Shown in pieces: positions 1 through 7,872 of a stretch of 37,691 bases of DNA (position 1 is its first letter; every line of letters begins with the position of its first letter). Location: positions 1 through 37,691 of the IMG/VR virus record IMGVR_UViG_3300034056_000018. The stretch is one strand, 5' to 3'. The notes beneath the pieces were generated by a model. It had not been told where the DNA came from. It saw only the letters and a list, made by a program, of their open reading frames with translations, and did no database searches. This DNA is from a virus (Duplodnaviria; Caudoviricetes). Position numbers and translations under genes: made by a program.

Positions 1-1
1 T

Positions 2-199
2 GATGAAGAAGTCCAATTTGGCAAGAAAGACGATATTTTAAATGAAACTGGAGAATATTATTCAGACGAAATATACAAGCAATGTTTCTACAATCAATGG
101 ATATATCGTGGCAAAGACTACACAATGATTATGGTAGATACTCATACTGATGGTAACAAATTCTTGGCGATATTTGATAATTCTAAAGAGATTAAGTAG
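2..199 (+). CDS. 5'-truncated hypothetical phage protein (first gene of left-end array)
   Basis: Open frame from the window edge (DEEVQFGKK...MVDTHTDGNKFLAIFDNSKEIK) ending TAG at 197-199; not in the ORF track. Confidence 0.7.
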   Translation, partial: DEEVQFGKKDDILNETGEYYSDEIYKQCFYNQWIYRGKDYTMIMVDTHTDGNKFLAIFDNSKEIK

Positions 200-223
200 C
201 TCGCAATTTGATTATAGGGCGAA
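200..223 (+). repeat. 24-bp cassette-boundary site A: CTCGCAAT TTGATTAT AGGGCGAA
   Basis: Starts at the first base after the stop codon and precedes the next RBS; matches eight other sites in the window. Confidence 0.7.
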
Positions 224-240
224 TTTAAAGGGAGGATATT

Positions 241-423
241 ATGACAACTACAGAATTAATAGAATTATTAAAAAGTATAGAGCGTGGTGCTAGTGGCAGA
301 AGCAGAGAGATTAGTTTTAAAGTAGGTAAAGAACATATTTTTGAGCCCGATATAACAATTAGTAGCACAGGTGATGGTATTGCAGGGGCGGAAGTATGCT
401 TAAAAATTATAAAGAAAGATTGA
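241..423 (+). CDS. hypothetical protein, 60 aa
   Basis: GGGAGG RBS just upstream; bounded by sites A and B. Confidence 0.75.
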   Translation: MTTTELIELLKSIERGASGRSREISFKVGKEHIFEPDITISSTGDGIAGAEVCLKIIKKD

Positions 424-447
424 TATATCATTCAAAGAAATGAGCAA
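424..447 (+). repeat. 24-bp cassette-boundary site B (degenerate): TATATCAT TCAAAGAA ATGAGCAA
   Basis: Starts at the first base after TGA; same 8-8-8 register but weaker arms. Confidence 0.45.
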
Positions 448-483
448 CCATTATTGATAAGATTCATTAAGGAGGAATAAATT

Positions 484-645
484 ATGATAGTAATAAAGTG
501 TCCACAAAGCGATTGTGAAAGCACTGATGTGGTGTTTCACGAACACGAAGTTGTTAACGATAACGGCGATATTTACTATTGCAGAAATTGCGGAAATTAC
601 TTTGATGAATTTGCAGCTATAGAAGAACAAATGGAAGGTGAATAA
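484..645 (+). CDS. small zinc-ribbon-like protein, 53 aa
   Basis: AAGGAGG RBS; MIVIKCPQSDCES...YYCRNCGNYF with two Cys pairs; below the ORF-track cutoff. Confidence 0.75.
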   Translation: MIVIKCPQSDCESTDVVFHEHEVVNDNGDIYYCRNCGNYFDEFAAIEEQMEGE

Positions 646-662
646 TTCAAGTATAGGACGTA
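639..662 (+). repeat. 24-bp cassette-boundary site C: TGAATAAT TCAAGTAT AGGACGTA
   Basis: Contains the stop codon; left arm identical to site G and right arm identical to site E. Confidence 0.7.
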
Positions 663-665
663 AAT

Positions 666-691
666 AAGACTAGAGTATTCTCTAGTCTTTT
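666..691. terminator. intrinsic terminator between convergent genes
   Basis: Perfect 10-bp stem AAGACTAGAG/CTCTAGTCTT with a TATT loop. Confidence 0.8.
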
Positions 692-1601
692 ATCTTTCCA
701 TTTCTCTATCTTTTAACTTCTCGAGTGGTATCTTACATACACCTCTATAAAGCTTATTTTCCTTCCTAAGTTCCTTTATCTCTTTAGATAACTCTAAAAC
801 TCTCTTATCGGCTTCTAGAGCTTTAGTTTTATAATTTTCGATGTCACGTTCATATACTTTCAAAGTGTTCTCTAAACCCTTTATACGGTGTTTTAGGAGT
901 ATATTGTTCTTGTGTAGTGTCTGAGCTGATTCTTGAGTTACTTCATTGTCTAGTAGTCCATAATACTTTTTAATATCAATGTGTTTTGCTCTACTCTTTT
1001 TTATTCCTCTTTTTAAGCTTGGAAATCTTTCAGTAATTGTTTTAGCGTAATCGTCCTGGAGCTCGCTTAGTTTTTGTTTGTTTCCAAAGAAGTGTCTGTT
1101 GCTTAGTAAGTGATAGCCACGTTCTAGCCACCTCTTCGGTGAAATAAAAGCATGAATGTGAGGGCTAGTCTCATCCAGGTGAAGAATTGCATATAAAACC
1201 ATATCTTTGAACTTGTCTACTAGCCACTTAACATTAGTGTATACCCAGGATAGAAATTCCTCTTTACTGATATTATCAAAATATTCTTTAGATGCAGTTA
1301 ATAACATTTCCCTTCCTAGCGTGTTATCAACTTTTATAAACTTACAATCTGATATATATTCCTGCACGTTTTTAACTAGGTTTACGTCGCCTATAAGACG
1401 ATAATTTTTGATAGAGGTATCAGCATTAGGTGTGTCGTTAAACCTCTCCACGTGGTTTATAAACATCTGTATTTCACCGTAGTTTTTGAAGGAACGTTGT
1501 ACTCGCATTATTGCATAATAGTTCCCTCTTTGGGGAAAACTAAGAGGTTGGGTGCTTTCAAGTTGGAAGGGGTTATAATCTTTGATGTACTTACTAAACA
1601 C
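690..1601 (-). CDS. mobV: MobV/Pre family relaxase (plasmid recombination enzyme)
   Basis: YAIMRVQ start motif, NHVER, TPNAD, EMLLTAS, HLDETSPHIH metal-binding motif, LQDDY, LKRG...AKH and coiled-coil C-terminus. Confidence 0.92.
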   Translation of the reverse strand: MFSKYIKDYNPFQLESTQPLSFPQRGNYYAIMRVQRSFKNYGEIQMFINHVERFNDTPNADTSIKNYRLIGDVNLVKNVQEYISDCKFIKVDNTLGREMLLTASKEYFDNISKEEFLSWVYTNVKWLVDKFKDMVLYAILHLDETSPHIHAFISPKRWLERGYHLLSNRHFFGNKQKLSELQDDYAKTITERFPSLKRGIKKSRAKHIDIKKYYGLLDNEVTQESAQTLHKNNILLKHRIKGLENTLKVYERDIENYKTKALEADKRVLELSKEIKELRKENKLYRGVCKIPLEKLKDREMER

Positions 1602-2002
1602 TACCGCTCAACTCCCTTATCTTGATACCTTTCTTTATACTTTTCCTTTATCTCGTGTTCCCTGGCGAAGTGCCAAACAACCTCAGCAGCAGCTTCTTCT
1701 TTTGTATTGCATTTTAGAAGTTTAACCATGTGCTTTTCTTGCTCGTAATTAAGATCAGTGTCTAGACCTCTGAATATTTCATTATTCTCCATAACCTTGT
1801 GCATGAAGTTATTCCTTGTTTGAAGTTCGTTAATCTTCTTTTGTTGTCCGCTTAATAACTGATTAAGTGCAGTAATAAGTTCTTTATTACTCATAGTTTC
1901 GATATCTTTTTCTATTAACCATTGATACTCGTTGAATTTATTTAATAGGTTTTTAATGTGTGCCTTTAAAAAGAAGTCCTCAATATTTTCTTTAAGATTC
2001 AA
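1601..2002 (-). CDS. hypothetical coiled-coil protein coupled to the relaxase
   Basis: Stop overlaps the relaxase start; TTG at 2002 follows a GGGGG RBS (the ORF track extends to 2041). Confidence 0.65.
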   Translation of the reverse strand: MNLKENIEDFFLKAHIKNLLNKFNEYQWLIEKDIETMSNKELITALNQLLSGQQKKINELQTRNNFMHKVMENNEIFRGLDTDLNYEQEKHMVKLLKCNTKEEAAAEVVWHFAREHEIKEKYKERYQDKGVER

Positions 2003-2170
2003 TTTAAAACCCCCTATTATTAATTCTATCTTCAATGTCACATAGCTTTTGTAACAGGATATCCATATCGGTTTTTTTAGGTTTTCTAGTTTTCCAAAGA
2101 CTTATAGAGCAACCTGTTAATATTACTGCGGTTATTTTAACAATGTGTTGAAGTATAAAAGCATGAACCA

Positions 2171-3505
2171 TTACAACCACTCCTTGTATTTAGGATTTGT
2201 TTTATAATAATTGGTATCGTCTAATATAGGTTGAAAATTATCACTCAATATTACACATTTACCCTTTGGTATTCTCCTTAACTCTCCTGGTGTGAATAAA
2301 GGTTTCTTAGTTCTAACCTTTGATTTCTCTTGTTGTATGGTTATTTCTTCATCGTCACAAAGTAAACTTAATAATTTTAAAGTTTCAGAATCACTTATTC
2401 CCGGAAGTACCACCTTAGTTTTTAGGTTATTCCAAATGGTTAAAGCGTTATCGTGTCCATACACTTGTTTTAGTTGGTTAAAATCTTGCAAGAATAACTC
2501 AAAGGATATGCCACGTTTAGCACAAGTACTGATAGTTACATTAAAACCTGTGATCTGTCCAAGATTTGCAAATTCATCGAGTTTAAACCATATATCTAAA
2601 CCTTTAGTATCTATAAGCCTATTAATAAGCTGATTATACATAGGTGCTATTAACGGTGCTAAATAATATCCCATGTGTTCCGGGTAGGTTACATATACTA
2701 TTGTTTCTACCTTCCTTAGCGTTTCAGCATTGAAAGAAGTGCTTTTAATAGCTAGGTTATCAAGAAACAATCCAAGCATAGCAACCATAGTTCCCTTGAT
2801 ACTACCTTGCATATTCTGAGCAGATGCACCGCTTAAATAAGCTCTGTAATACCTTTCAGCATTACCATTAAAATCACTCTCCATTTTTTCATCATCGGCA
2901 ATTATGAAATATTCAATTACATCACTTAAACTCATTCTCTTACCTTTGGCATAAAAGAGAAGTGCAGCTAGTAGATTAGTGGACATTTGCAACCACTCAG
3001 TACCACCTGACTTTTTACCTGTTGGAAGTTCTATTGCTAGACAACCATTGATTAAAAGGTTTTGTGCTAACTGCACTACTTCTCTATCTTCTTTACACTC
3101 ACTTAAAGGATTGTATTCAACTTCTCCTGGTTTCAACGGATTGTATACTAATACTTTTCTACCTATTGATTCTTGAAATTTAGCAGTTGCGTTATATATT
3201 TCAAGCGAAGGATCATATACAATAATTGAACCTCTGATATTATTTTGAAGTAAATTAGGTATTAGAATATTGGTGGTTTTTCCTGCTCTTGTAGGTGCGA
3301 AAACTCCTATATGAGCTTGGCTTGCATCTTTTGAAAGGATATGATTTTTCGATAACTGTATTCCGTCTTTACCGCTTGATAACTCAGTTCCTAATTCTCC
3401 CGTTGCTAGTTTAACTCTTTCCCTTCTTGCTAGTACCGCTATTACTGCAAGTAGTGATCCTAGTCCTATTTTTAGTGCTAATTGAATAAAAGTTAATATT
3501 TCCAT
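2171..3505 (-). CDS. virD4: VirD4/TraG-type type IV coupling protein
   Basis: N-terminal TM segment, Walker A APTRAGKT, SIIVYDP, YNPL, Walker B LDEFANLG, LQDFNQLKQVYG, KPLFTPGELRR. Confidence 0.92.
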   Translation of the reverse strand: MEILTFIQLALKIGLGSLLAVIAVLARRERVKLATGELGTELSSGKDGIQLSKNHILSKDASQAHIGVFAPTRAGKTTNILIPNLLQNNIRGSIIVYDPSLEIYNATAKFQESIGRKVLVYNPLKPGEVEYNPLSECKEDREVVQLAQNLLINGCLAIELPTGKKSGGTEWLQMSTNLLAALLFYAKGKRMSLSDVIEYFIIADDEKMESDFNGNAERYYRAYLSGASAQNMQGSIKGTMVAMLGLFLDNLAIKSTSFNAETLRKVETIVYVTYPEHMGYYLAPLIAPMYNQLINRLIDTKGLDIWFKLDEFANLGQITGFNVTISTCAKRGISFELFLQDFNQLKQVYGHDNALTIWNNLKTKVVLPGISDSETLKLLSLLCDDEEITIQQEKSKVRTKKPLFTPGELRRIPKGKCVILSDNFQPILDDTNYYKTNPKYKEWL

Positions 3506-3561
3506 GATTACCCCCGTATATTTTTATTAATGTTGATAATAATATTAGTGAGGTGATTATT

Positions 3562-3636
3562 ATGCTAGTGTTAGAGATTATAGCTTGGGGTGCATCAATT
3601 ATATCTTTTGCAAGTGCGTTGAAGGATTTATTATAG
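3562..3636 (+). CDS. 24-aa hydrophobic peptide MLVLEIIAWGASIISFASALKDLL
   Basis: Strong GAGGTGA RBS; fills the virD4-parR gap on the opposite strand. Confidence 0.55.
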   Translation: MLVLEIIAWGASIISFASALKDLL

Positions 3637-3642
3637 GGGGAA

Positions 3643-3876
3643 CTATTCCCCCATGAACCTTTTTAATTCATCTATATCTAGTTCGTCAAATTCCTTAGGT
3701 TCTTCCACGACTTTTACATATTCTTTAATAAGTCTTTTAATAGTATCCTCTAAGGATTCCTTTTTCATATCTTCTCTAATTAACTCTTTCACGAAAGTAG
3801 AAAAGGGTTTATTCTGCGTTATAAAGTGTTCTATTAGTTTCTTATCCTTCTTACCGAAATTAACGGACTTACGCAT
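3643..3876 (-). CDS. ParR-like ribbon-helix-helix adaptor
   Basis: MRKSVNF...LIEHF...FSTFVKELIREDM RHH pattern, acidic tail, downstream of ParM. Confidence 0.7.
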   Translation of the reverse strand: MRKSVNFGKKDKKLIEHFITQNKPFSTFVKELIREDMKKESLEDTIKRLIKEYVKVVEEPKEFDELDIDELKRFMGE

Positions 3877-3891
3877 TCCATAACACCCTCC

Positions 3892-4311
3892 TTAACCTTG
3901 ATTATCGGTGCAGTAATCAACATGAAACGTGTTAAAATAAGGACAATATTTACCGTTAATTGTTTTTAGTTTTTCAAAGTCTATATTATTTGAATCCTTA
4001 AAAACTTTATCCAACTCCTGTGTTAATAGTGCATCTCGAATAACCTTTGAGTTTTCCTTAGTTATTTCAATCATTAAAGAATTGCAATATCCTGGTGTGT
4101 TTGTGCTATCTGCGGTTATCCATATACCTGGGGTTTTAGTATACTTTTTATAATATTTATTAACGTAGGAATCAAAAGCTTTTAGCATTGATTCTTTGTT
4201 GTCTGTAGTTCCTTCTTTTAAAATATTATCTCGTATTCTTTGAGTTATTATGTCTTTTGCAAGGCTTATACCTAATGCTACCGTCGCAATACCACAAGTT
4301 AAAATAATCAT
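3892..4311 (-). CDS. hypothetical protein with N-terminal hydrophobic segment
   Basis: GGGAGG RBS; lies between parM and parR. Confidence 0.7.
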   Translation of the reverse strand: MIILTCGIATVALGISLAKDIITQRIRDNILKEGTTDNKESMLKAFDSYVNKYYKKYTKTPGIWITADSTNTPGYCNSLMIEITKENSKVIRDALLTQELDKVFKDSNNIDFEKLKTINGKYCPYFNTFHVDYCTDNQG

Positions 4312-4328
4312 TATATTACTACCTCCCT

Positions 4329-5216
4329 TTAACTATTCCATAACATTTCGCCAACTGTTTCATTAGTGATGCTATTAGCAAACTGTGCATCTTCTACTAG
4401 GCTTATATTAGGGTATTCAGATTTAAAGTAATTTATAAGAGGTGCTGCACCCCCGCCAATTAATTCAATCTTACAGAGGTCATAATTAAAAGATTGATTA
4501 ACCTTGCTACATATCTTTGTTACGTGATCGGCTATTATAAATCTAGTAAAACTCATATCTCTAATTTCTTGCCTTATCTCATATTCATCTTTACCTATGA
4601 TATGCTCAATATCCTCACTACTCAACTTGCTTCTGTATTTAGCGTTTATAGCCTTTTTAAGCTCGTCATAAAGGGGTAGCATGCCAAGTGGTTCACTAGA
4701 ATGTTTAATAAGTTGTAGACCGTTAAATTCACTTATATCAGTAGTTCCTCCACCTATATCTATTAATAAGGTTCTTTGGCTTTTATATTTCTTAGGGTTA
4801 CTAAATACTATACTGTTTTCGCAAAATACCTCAGCATGTTTTATTCTTATGGTTCGTCTAACTCCATCAATATATATTTCTTGCATGCCCATGTTCGACA
4901 ACTTCTCTTTAAGTTCTTTTTTTAAGCTACTTTCGTATAAGTCCGGGGGTAGGCTTAGCACTACATTTTCCTCTATTACTTCATCATTGTTACTTTTAGC
5001 AATAGCAGTTAATAAGCATATATCGTACATATCGGAATAGATTCTATTAACTCCTATTACTGGTGTTCCTATCCCTACTGTGTACGGTTCATTTTTATAG
5101 ATTACCTTTATATCGTTGGTATTCATATCCTTGTGTCCTTTGCTTATGCGACTTGCAAACTTAATCATTCTGCTTGTTTTGGTTATCTCATTACCCAAGT
5201 CAATTCCTAAAGACAT
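4329..5216 (-). CDS. parM: ParM/StbA family actin-like partitioning ATPase
   Basis: Actin-fold motifs LGIDLGN, LIDIGGGTTD and LIGGGA. Confidence 0.9.
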   Translation of the reverse strand: MSLGIDLGNEITKTSRMIKFASRISKGHKDMNTNDIKVIYKNEPYTVGIGTPVIGVNRIYSDMYDICLLTAIAKSNNDEVIEENVVLSLPPDLYESSLKKELKEKLSNMGMQEIYIDGVRRTIRIKHAEVFCENSIVFSNPKKYKSQRTLLIDIGGGTTDISEFNGLQLIKHSSEPLGMLPLYDELKKAINAKYRSKLSSEDIEHIIGKDEYEIRQEIRDMSFTRFIIADHVTKICSKVNQSFNYDLCKIELIGGGAAPLINYFKSEYPNISLVEDAQFANSITNETVGEMLWNS

Positions 5217-5255
5217 TTAATATACCTCCTACTTTGTATGATTAACTCCTACTAT

Positions 5256-5333
5256 TATTTTATGTAGGTTAATACAAATAGTGCAAAAAGTATGATATTT
5301 TTGGTACTAAAATAAAACTATCGGCATATAGTA
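5256..5333. promoter_or_regulatory. back-to-back sigmaK/sigmaE-like promoter candidates
   Basis: Minus: GCAC-N16-CATAAAATA toward parM. Plus: AC-N17-CATATAGTA toward the 5368 ORF. Confidence 0.35.
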
Positions 5334-5367
5334 TTAATATAGAGAATGAAAAAGGGGAATAGTAAAC

Positions 5368-5589
5368 ATGTTAAAAATGAAGTCTTATCCATTTACTAGA
5401 GAAGGTTTTGAGGAAATGACCGCTAAGAAACCAATAATAACTAAGAAGAATTTAGTATTAGGAGTAACTGCAATAGCTTATATCTCTATAATTGCATTAC
5501 AAGCCAGTACAGGCACGATTGCTAGTATGGGTTCAGTAGAGGATAGCTTAATAAAAGCATTCTTTACAAAGCCACCAGTAGGACTATAG
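5368..5589 (+). CDS. hypothetical single-pass membrane protein
   Basis: AAGGGG RBS; hydrophobic stretch LVLGVTAIAYISIIAL. Confidence 0.7.
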   Translation: MLKMKSYPFTREGFEEMTAKKPIITKKNLVLGVTAIAYISIIALQASTGTIASMGSVEDSLIKAFFTKPPVGL

Positions 5590-5601
5590 GAGGTATGGAG
5601 T

Positions 5602-5799
5602 ATGTATAAATATTTTGCAGTATTCAAAAGTGGTAGATTATCAGAATATCAACTAGGGAATGACTTTCCGCATTACGAGTTTTTCGCACCAGGTGACGAA
5701 GATGCAAGAGATTGGGCGGAAGATTGGATAGAAGAATATAACGAAGATCACAAGACTAATTTTAGATTGTATATGATATATCCTTTAGGAGGTGCTTAG
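5602..5799 (+). CDS. hypothetical acidic protein
   Basis: AGGAGG RBS; follows the previous gene in an apparent operon. Confidence 0.7.
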   Translation: MYKYFAVFKSGRLSEYQLGNDFPHYEFFAPGDEDARDWAEDWIEEYNEDHKTNFRLYMIYPLGGA

Positions 5800-5800
5800 A

Positions 5801-6121
5801 GTGAAAAAAGAAATAATAGATTTAGCAAAACAGTATTCTACAGATATGAACGGAAAGACAATATTGAATTGTAATTTTACATGTGGTGATATGGCTTTAA
5901 GGATTGATAATATTAATGAAAAGGACGTTTATGTGTGTGCTAGAATTGACGGTACAGAGTGGAAATTTGATTTCTTTAGGCAGGCTTGTGTATTTCACTT
6001 CATAACCACTCAAGTAGGTTCACAAGAGGACGAAACGTTAAACGAATATTACGAAACAATAAAATATACGGTTGGTTCTAAATCGAAACAAGAAATTCAA
6101 TTACAACAAAAATTGTTATAA
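5801..6121 (+). CDS. hypothetical protein
   Basis: AGGAGGT RBS fits a GTG at 5801 (the ORF track starts at 5792). Confidence 0.65.
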   Translation: MKKEIIDLAKQYSTDMNGKTILNCNFTCGDMALRIDNINEKDVYVCARIDGTEWKFDFFRQACVFHFITTQVGSQEDETLNEYYETIKYTVGSKSKQEIQLQQKLL

Positions 6122-6123
6122 CA

Positions 6124-6150
6124 AAAGGGGTGGAGTTAACCGCCCCTTTC
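6124..6150. terminator. bidirectional terminator between the plasmid block and the lysis cassette
   Basis: AAAAGGGGTGG...CCGCCCCTTT stem between convergent genes. Confidence 0.7.
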
Positions 6151-6175
6151 CTCATGTCGTGATTTCCGACATTAG

Positions 6176-6379
6176 CTATTTATCATCACCAAAACCACTA
6201 TTTTCTGTGGTAGGATCATTTAAAATTCCCGCACCCACCAATATTGATAAACCTGTATTAACCAAAATGTCAATGTCCTCAGGCAACTGATAATTGGTGA
6301 ATGTCTTTATTAATAACATAACAAAGCCTATCACGCTAAATATAAAGGCTTTATTGCGTAGTCTACTTTTTAAGTCCAT
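6176..6379 (-). CDS. phage holin (phi LC3-like)
   Basis: MDLKSRLRNKAF start, two TM segments, GILNDPTT motif. Confidence 0.85.
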   Translation of the reverse strand: MDLKSRLRNKAFIFSVIGFVMLLIKTFTNYQLPEDIDILVNTGLSILVGAGILNDPTTENSGFGDDK

Positions 6380-7245
6380 TAGGAAACCACCTCCAACATT
6401 TTACTAAAGGTTTTAGGACCTACAATTCCATCCGCAACTAAACCATGTTTAGACTGAAAAGATTTAACTGCCGCTAGTGTTTTAGAACCAAATATACTAT
6501 CTATGTTAACTCCAACAACTAACTGAATAACTCTTACTGCTCTATCGTTGTTTGATCCTAATTTTATAATAGGTAGTTTTGATACTGCCGACCTAGTTAA
6601 AGGACCTACAATTCCATCAACAACTAAATTAGCAACTCTTAATACATTGCATAACTCTTGAAACTCTTTAACTCTAACATTTCCCAGTGACTTTGGTGCT
6701 TGTTTTACCTCTACTGGTTTAACTTCTATTGGTGTAACTCCATAAGATTTAACCTCGTTCATAAAAGTATCCTTATCAATAGAAGTACCTGGACATGTCT
6801 TTGGTGAATTCTCTCTATGGAATCTTATATATCTTCCTTTGTCATTAAAGTACTTAGCAAGCTTTAACATAGAATCCTTTTGAGTTCCACCGAATACGTC
6901 ATTACCTAGTTCGTTAGGTTGTCCAGTACCAGGAGTATCAAAGTTGCCTAATATCTCACAAGCAAATGCACCTGTGTTATATCCGCTAATAGATGCAGGC
7001 TTTACTCCAAAATCTCTACCAGTTACAAATAAACCGTTAGGAAGCAAAGTAACATGTTGCCCTATATCCGTCCAACCATTTGTATTTATATGAGTTCTTC
7101 TCATACTTGCTTGTAATTCTAGTCCATTGTTACCGTTAAAGCTAGAATGTGCGGGTTTCCATGTGTGGTGTGTATGTAACTCTTTATAGTCATACTTTTC
7201 TAATTCTGAAATTAATTGTTCTACGGTTAAAATTCTATCTGACAT
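6379..7245 (-). CDS. endolysin: N-acetylmuramoyl-L-alanine amidase with C-terminal peptidoglycan-binding repeats
   Basis: HTHHT, NGWTDIGQH, HRE..KTCPG catalytic motifs; VDGIVGPLT, IDSIFGSKT, FQSKHGLVADGIVGPKT repeats. Start 7245 or 7254. Confidence 0.9.
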   Translation of the reverse strand: MSDRILTVEQLISELEKYDYKELHTHHTWKPAHSSFNGNNGLELQASMRRTHINTNGWTDIGQHVTLLPNGLFVTGRDFGVKPASISGYNTGAFACEILGNFDTPGTGQPNELGNDVFGGTQKDSMLKLAKYFNDKGRYIRFHRENSPKTCPGTSIDKDTFMNEVKSYGVTPIEVKPVEVKQAPKSLGNVRVKEFQELCNVLRVANLVVDGIVGPLTRSAVSKLPIIKLGSNNDRAVRVIQLVVGVNIDSIFGSKTLAAVKSFQSKHGLVADGIVGPKTFSKMLEVVS

Positions 7246-7246
7246 A

Positions 7247-7474
7247 TTATTCACTCCTTTTGTTAATAACCTTGTTTTCTATTAGGTTAAGTCGCATGTC
7301 CATTTTATCAATAGTACTTGATATTTTTTCAAGACTTTCATTAGACTTTTCTAAATGCGTCATAAGTCTTTTTTCTCTTTCCCTGCTATCGTGTAATATG
7401 TACACTATCAATACAACTGCAAGTAACGCCCACAGTCCTTGATTGGCAGCAGCTTTTATTAGAACTTCTTCCAT
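7247..7474 (-). CDS. BhlA/UviB family holin-like peptide
   Basis: QGLWALLAVVLIVYIL..SREREKRL followed by a coiled coil. Confidence 0.85.
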   Translation of the reverse strand: MEEVLIKAAANQGLWALLAVVLIVYILHDSREREKRLMTHLEKSNESLEKISSTIDKMDMRLNLIENKVINKRSE

Positions 7475-7776
7475 TAGTTTACCTCCGTATATTTCTTTAG
7501 AGATTCTATGGTTTTAAATCCAACCCCCTTTACATTGTCTAATTCATCAAAGGATTTGATTATACCTTTAGATTTACGGTATTCTATTATATTTTTAGAC
7601 TTGACCTTACCAACTAAAGGTATAACTTCTAATTCCTCTGTTGTTGCTAGGTTGATATTTATCTTTTGTTCTTCAAACCTTATATCGCTTATCGGGGTGC
7701 GGAAATTATATACTATAACGAATATGCTAAATATTAGAAATATGATAAGCAGGAATTTAAGAAGTTTGTGTTGCAT
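7474..7776 (-). CDS. membrane-anchored ComEA-like helix-hairpin-helix DNA-binding protein
   Basis: N-terminal TM, then KININLATTEEL..IPLVG...IIEYR...FDELDNVKGVG double HhH. Confidence 0.88.
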   Translation of the reverse strand: MQHKLLKFLLIIFLIFSIFVIVYNFRTPISDIRFEEQKININLATTEELEVIPLVGKVKSKNIIEYRKSKGIIKSFDELDNVKGVGFKTIESLKKYTEVN

Positions 7777-7842
7777 ATACTTCCCCCAAACTAAAAGGAA
7801 ATATGTCCTTTTATATTCTTAGTAAGATGTTGATATACTAGG

Positions 7843-7872
7843 AAAAAGAGATAGGTTTTATTTCCTATCTCT
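7843..7872 (-). terminator. intrinsic terminator at the end of the structural operon
   Basis: AGAGATAGG/CCTATCTCT stem followed by a T run on the minus strand. Confidence 0.75.

Noticed and set aside
200-662. Left-end repeats as a CRISPR array or integron attC sites
   Set aside because: The repeats are degenerate, about 220 bp apart and separated by whole genes; there are no cas genes and no long attC-type hairpins with GTTRRRY ends.
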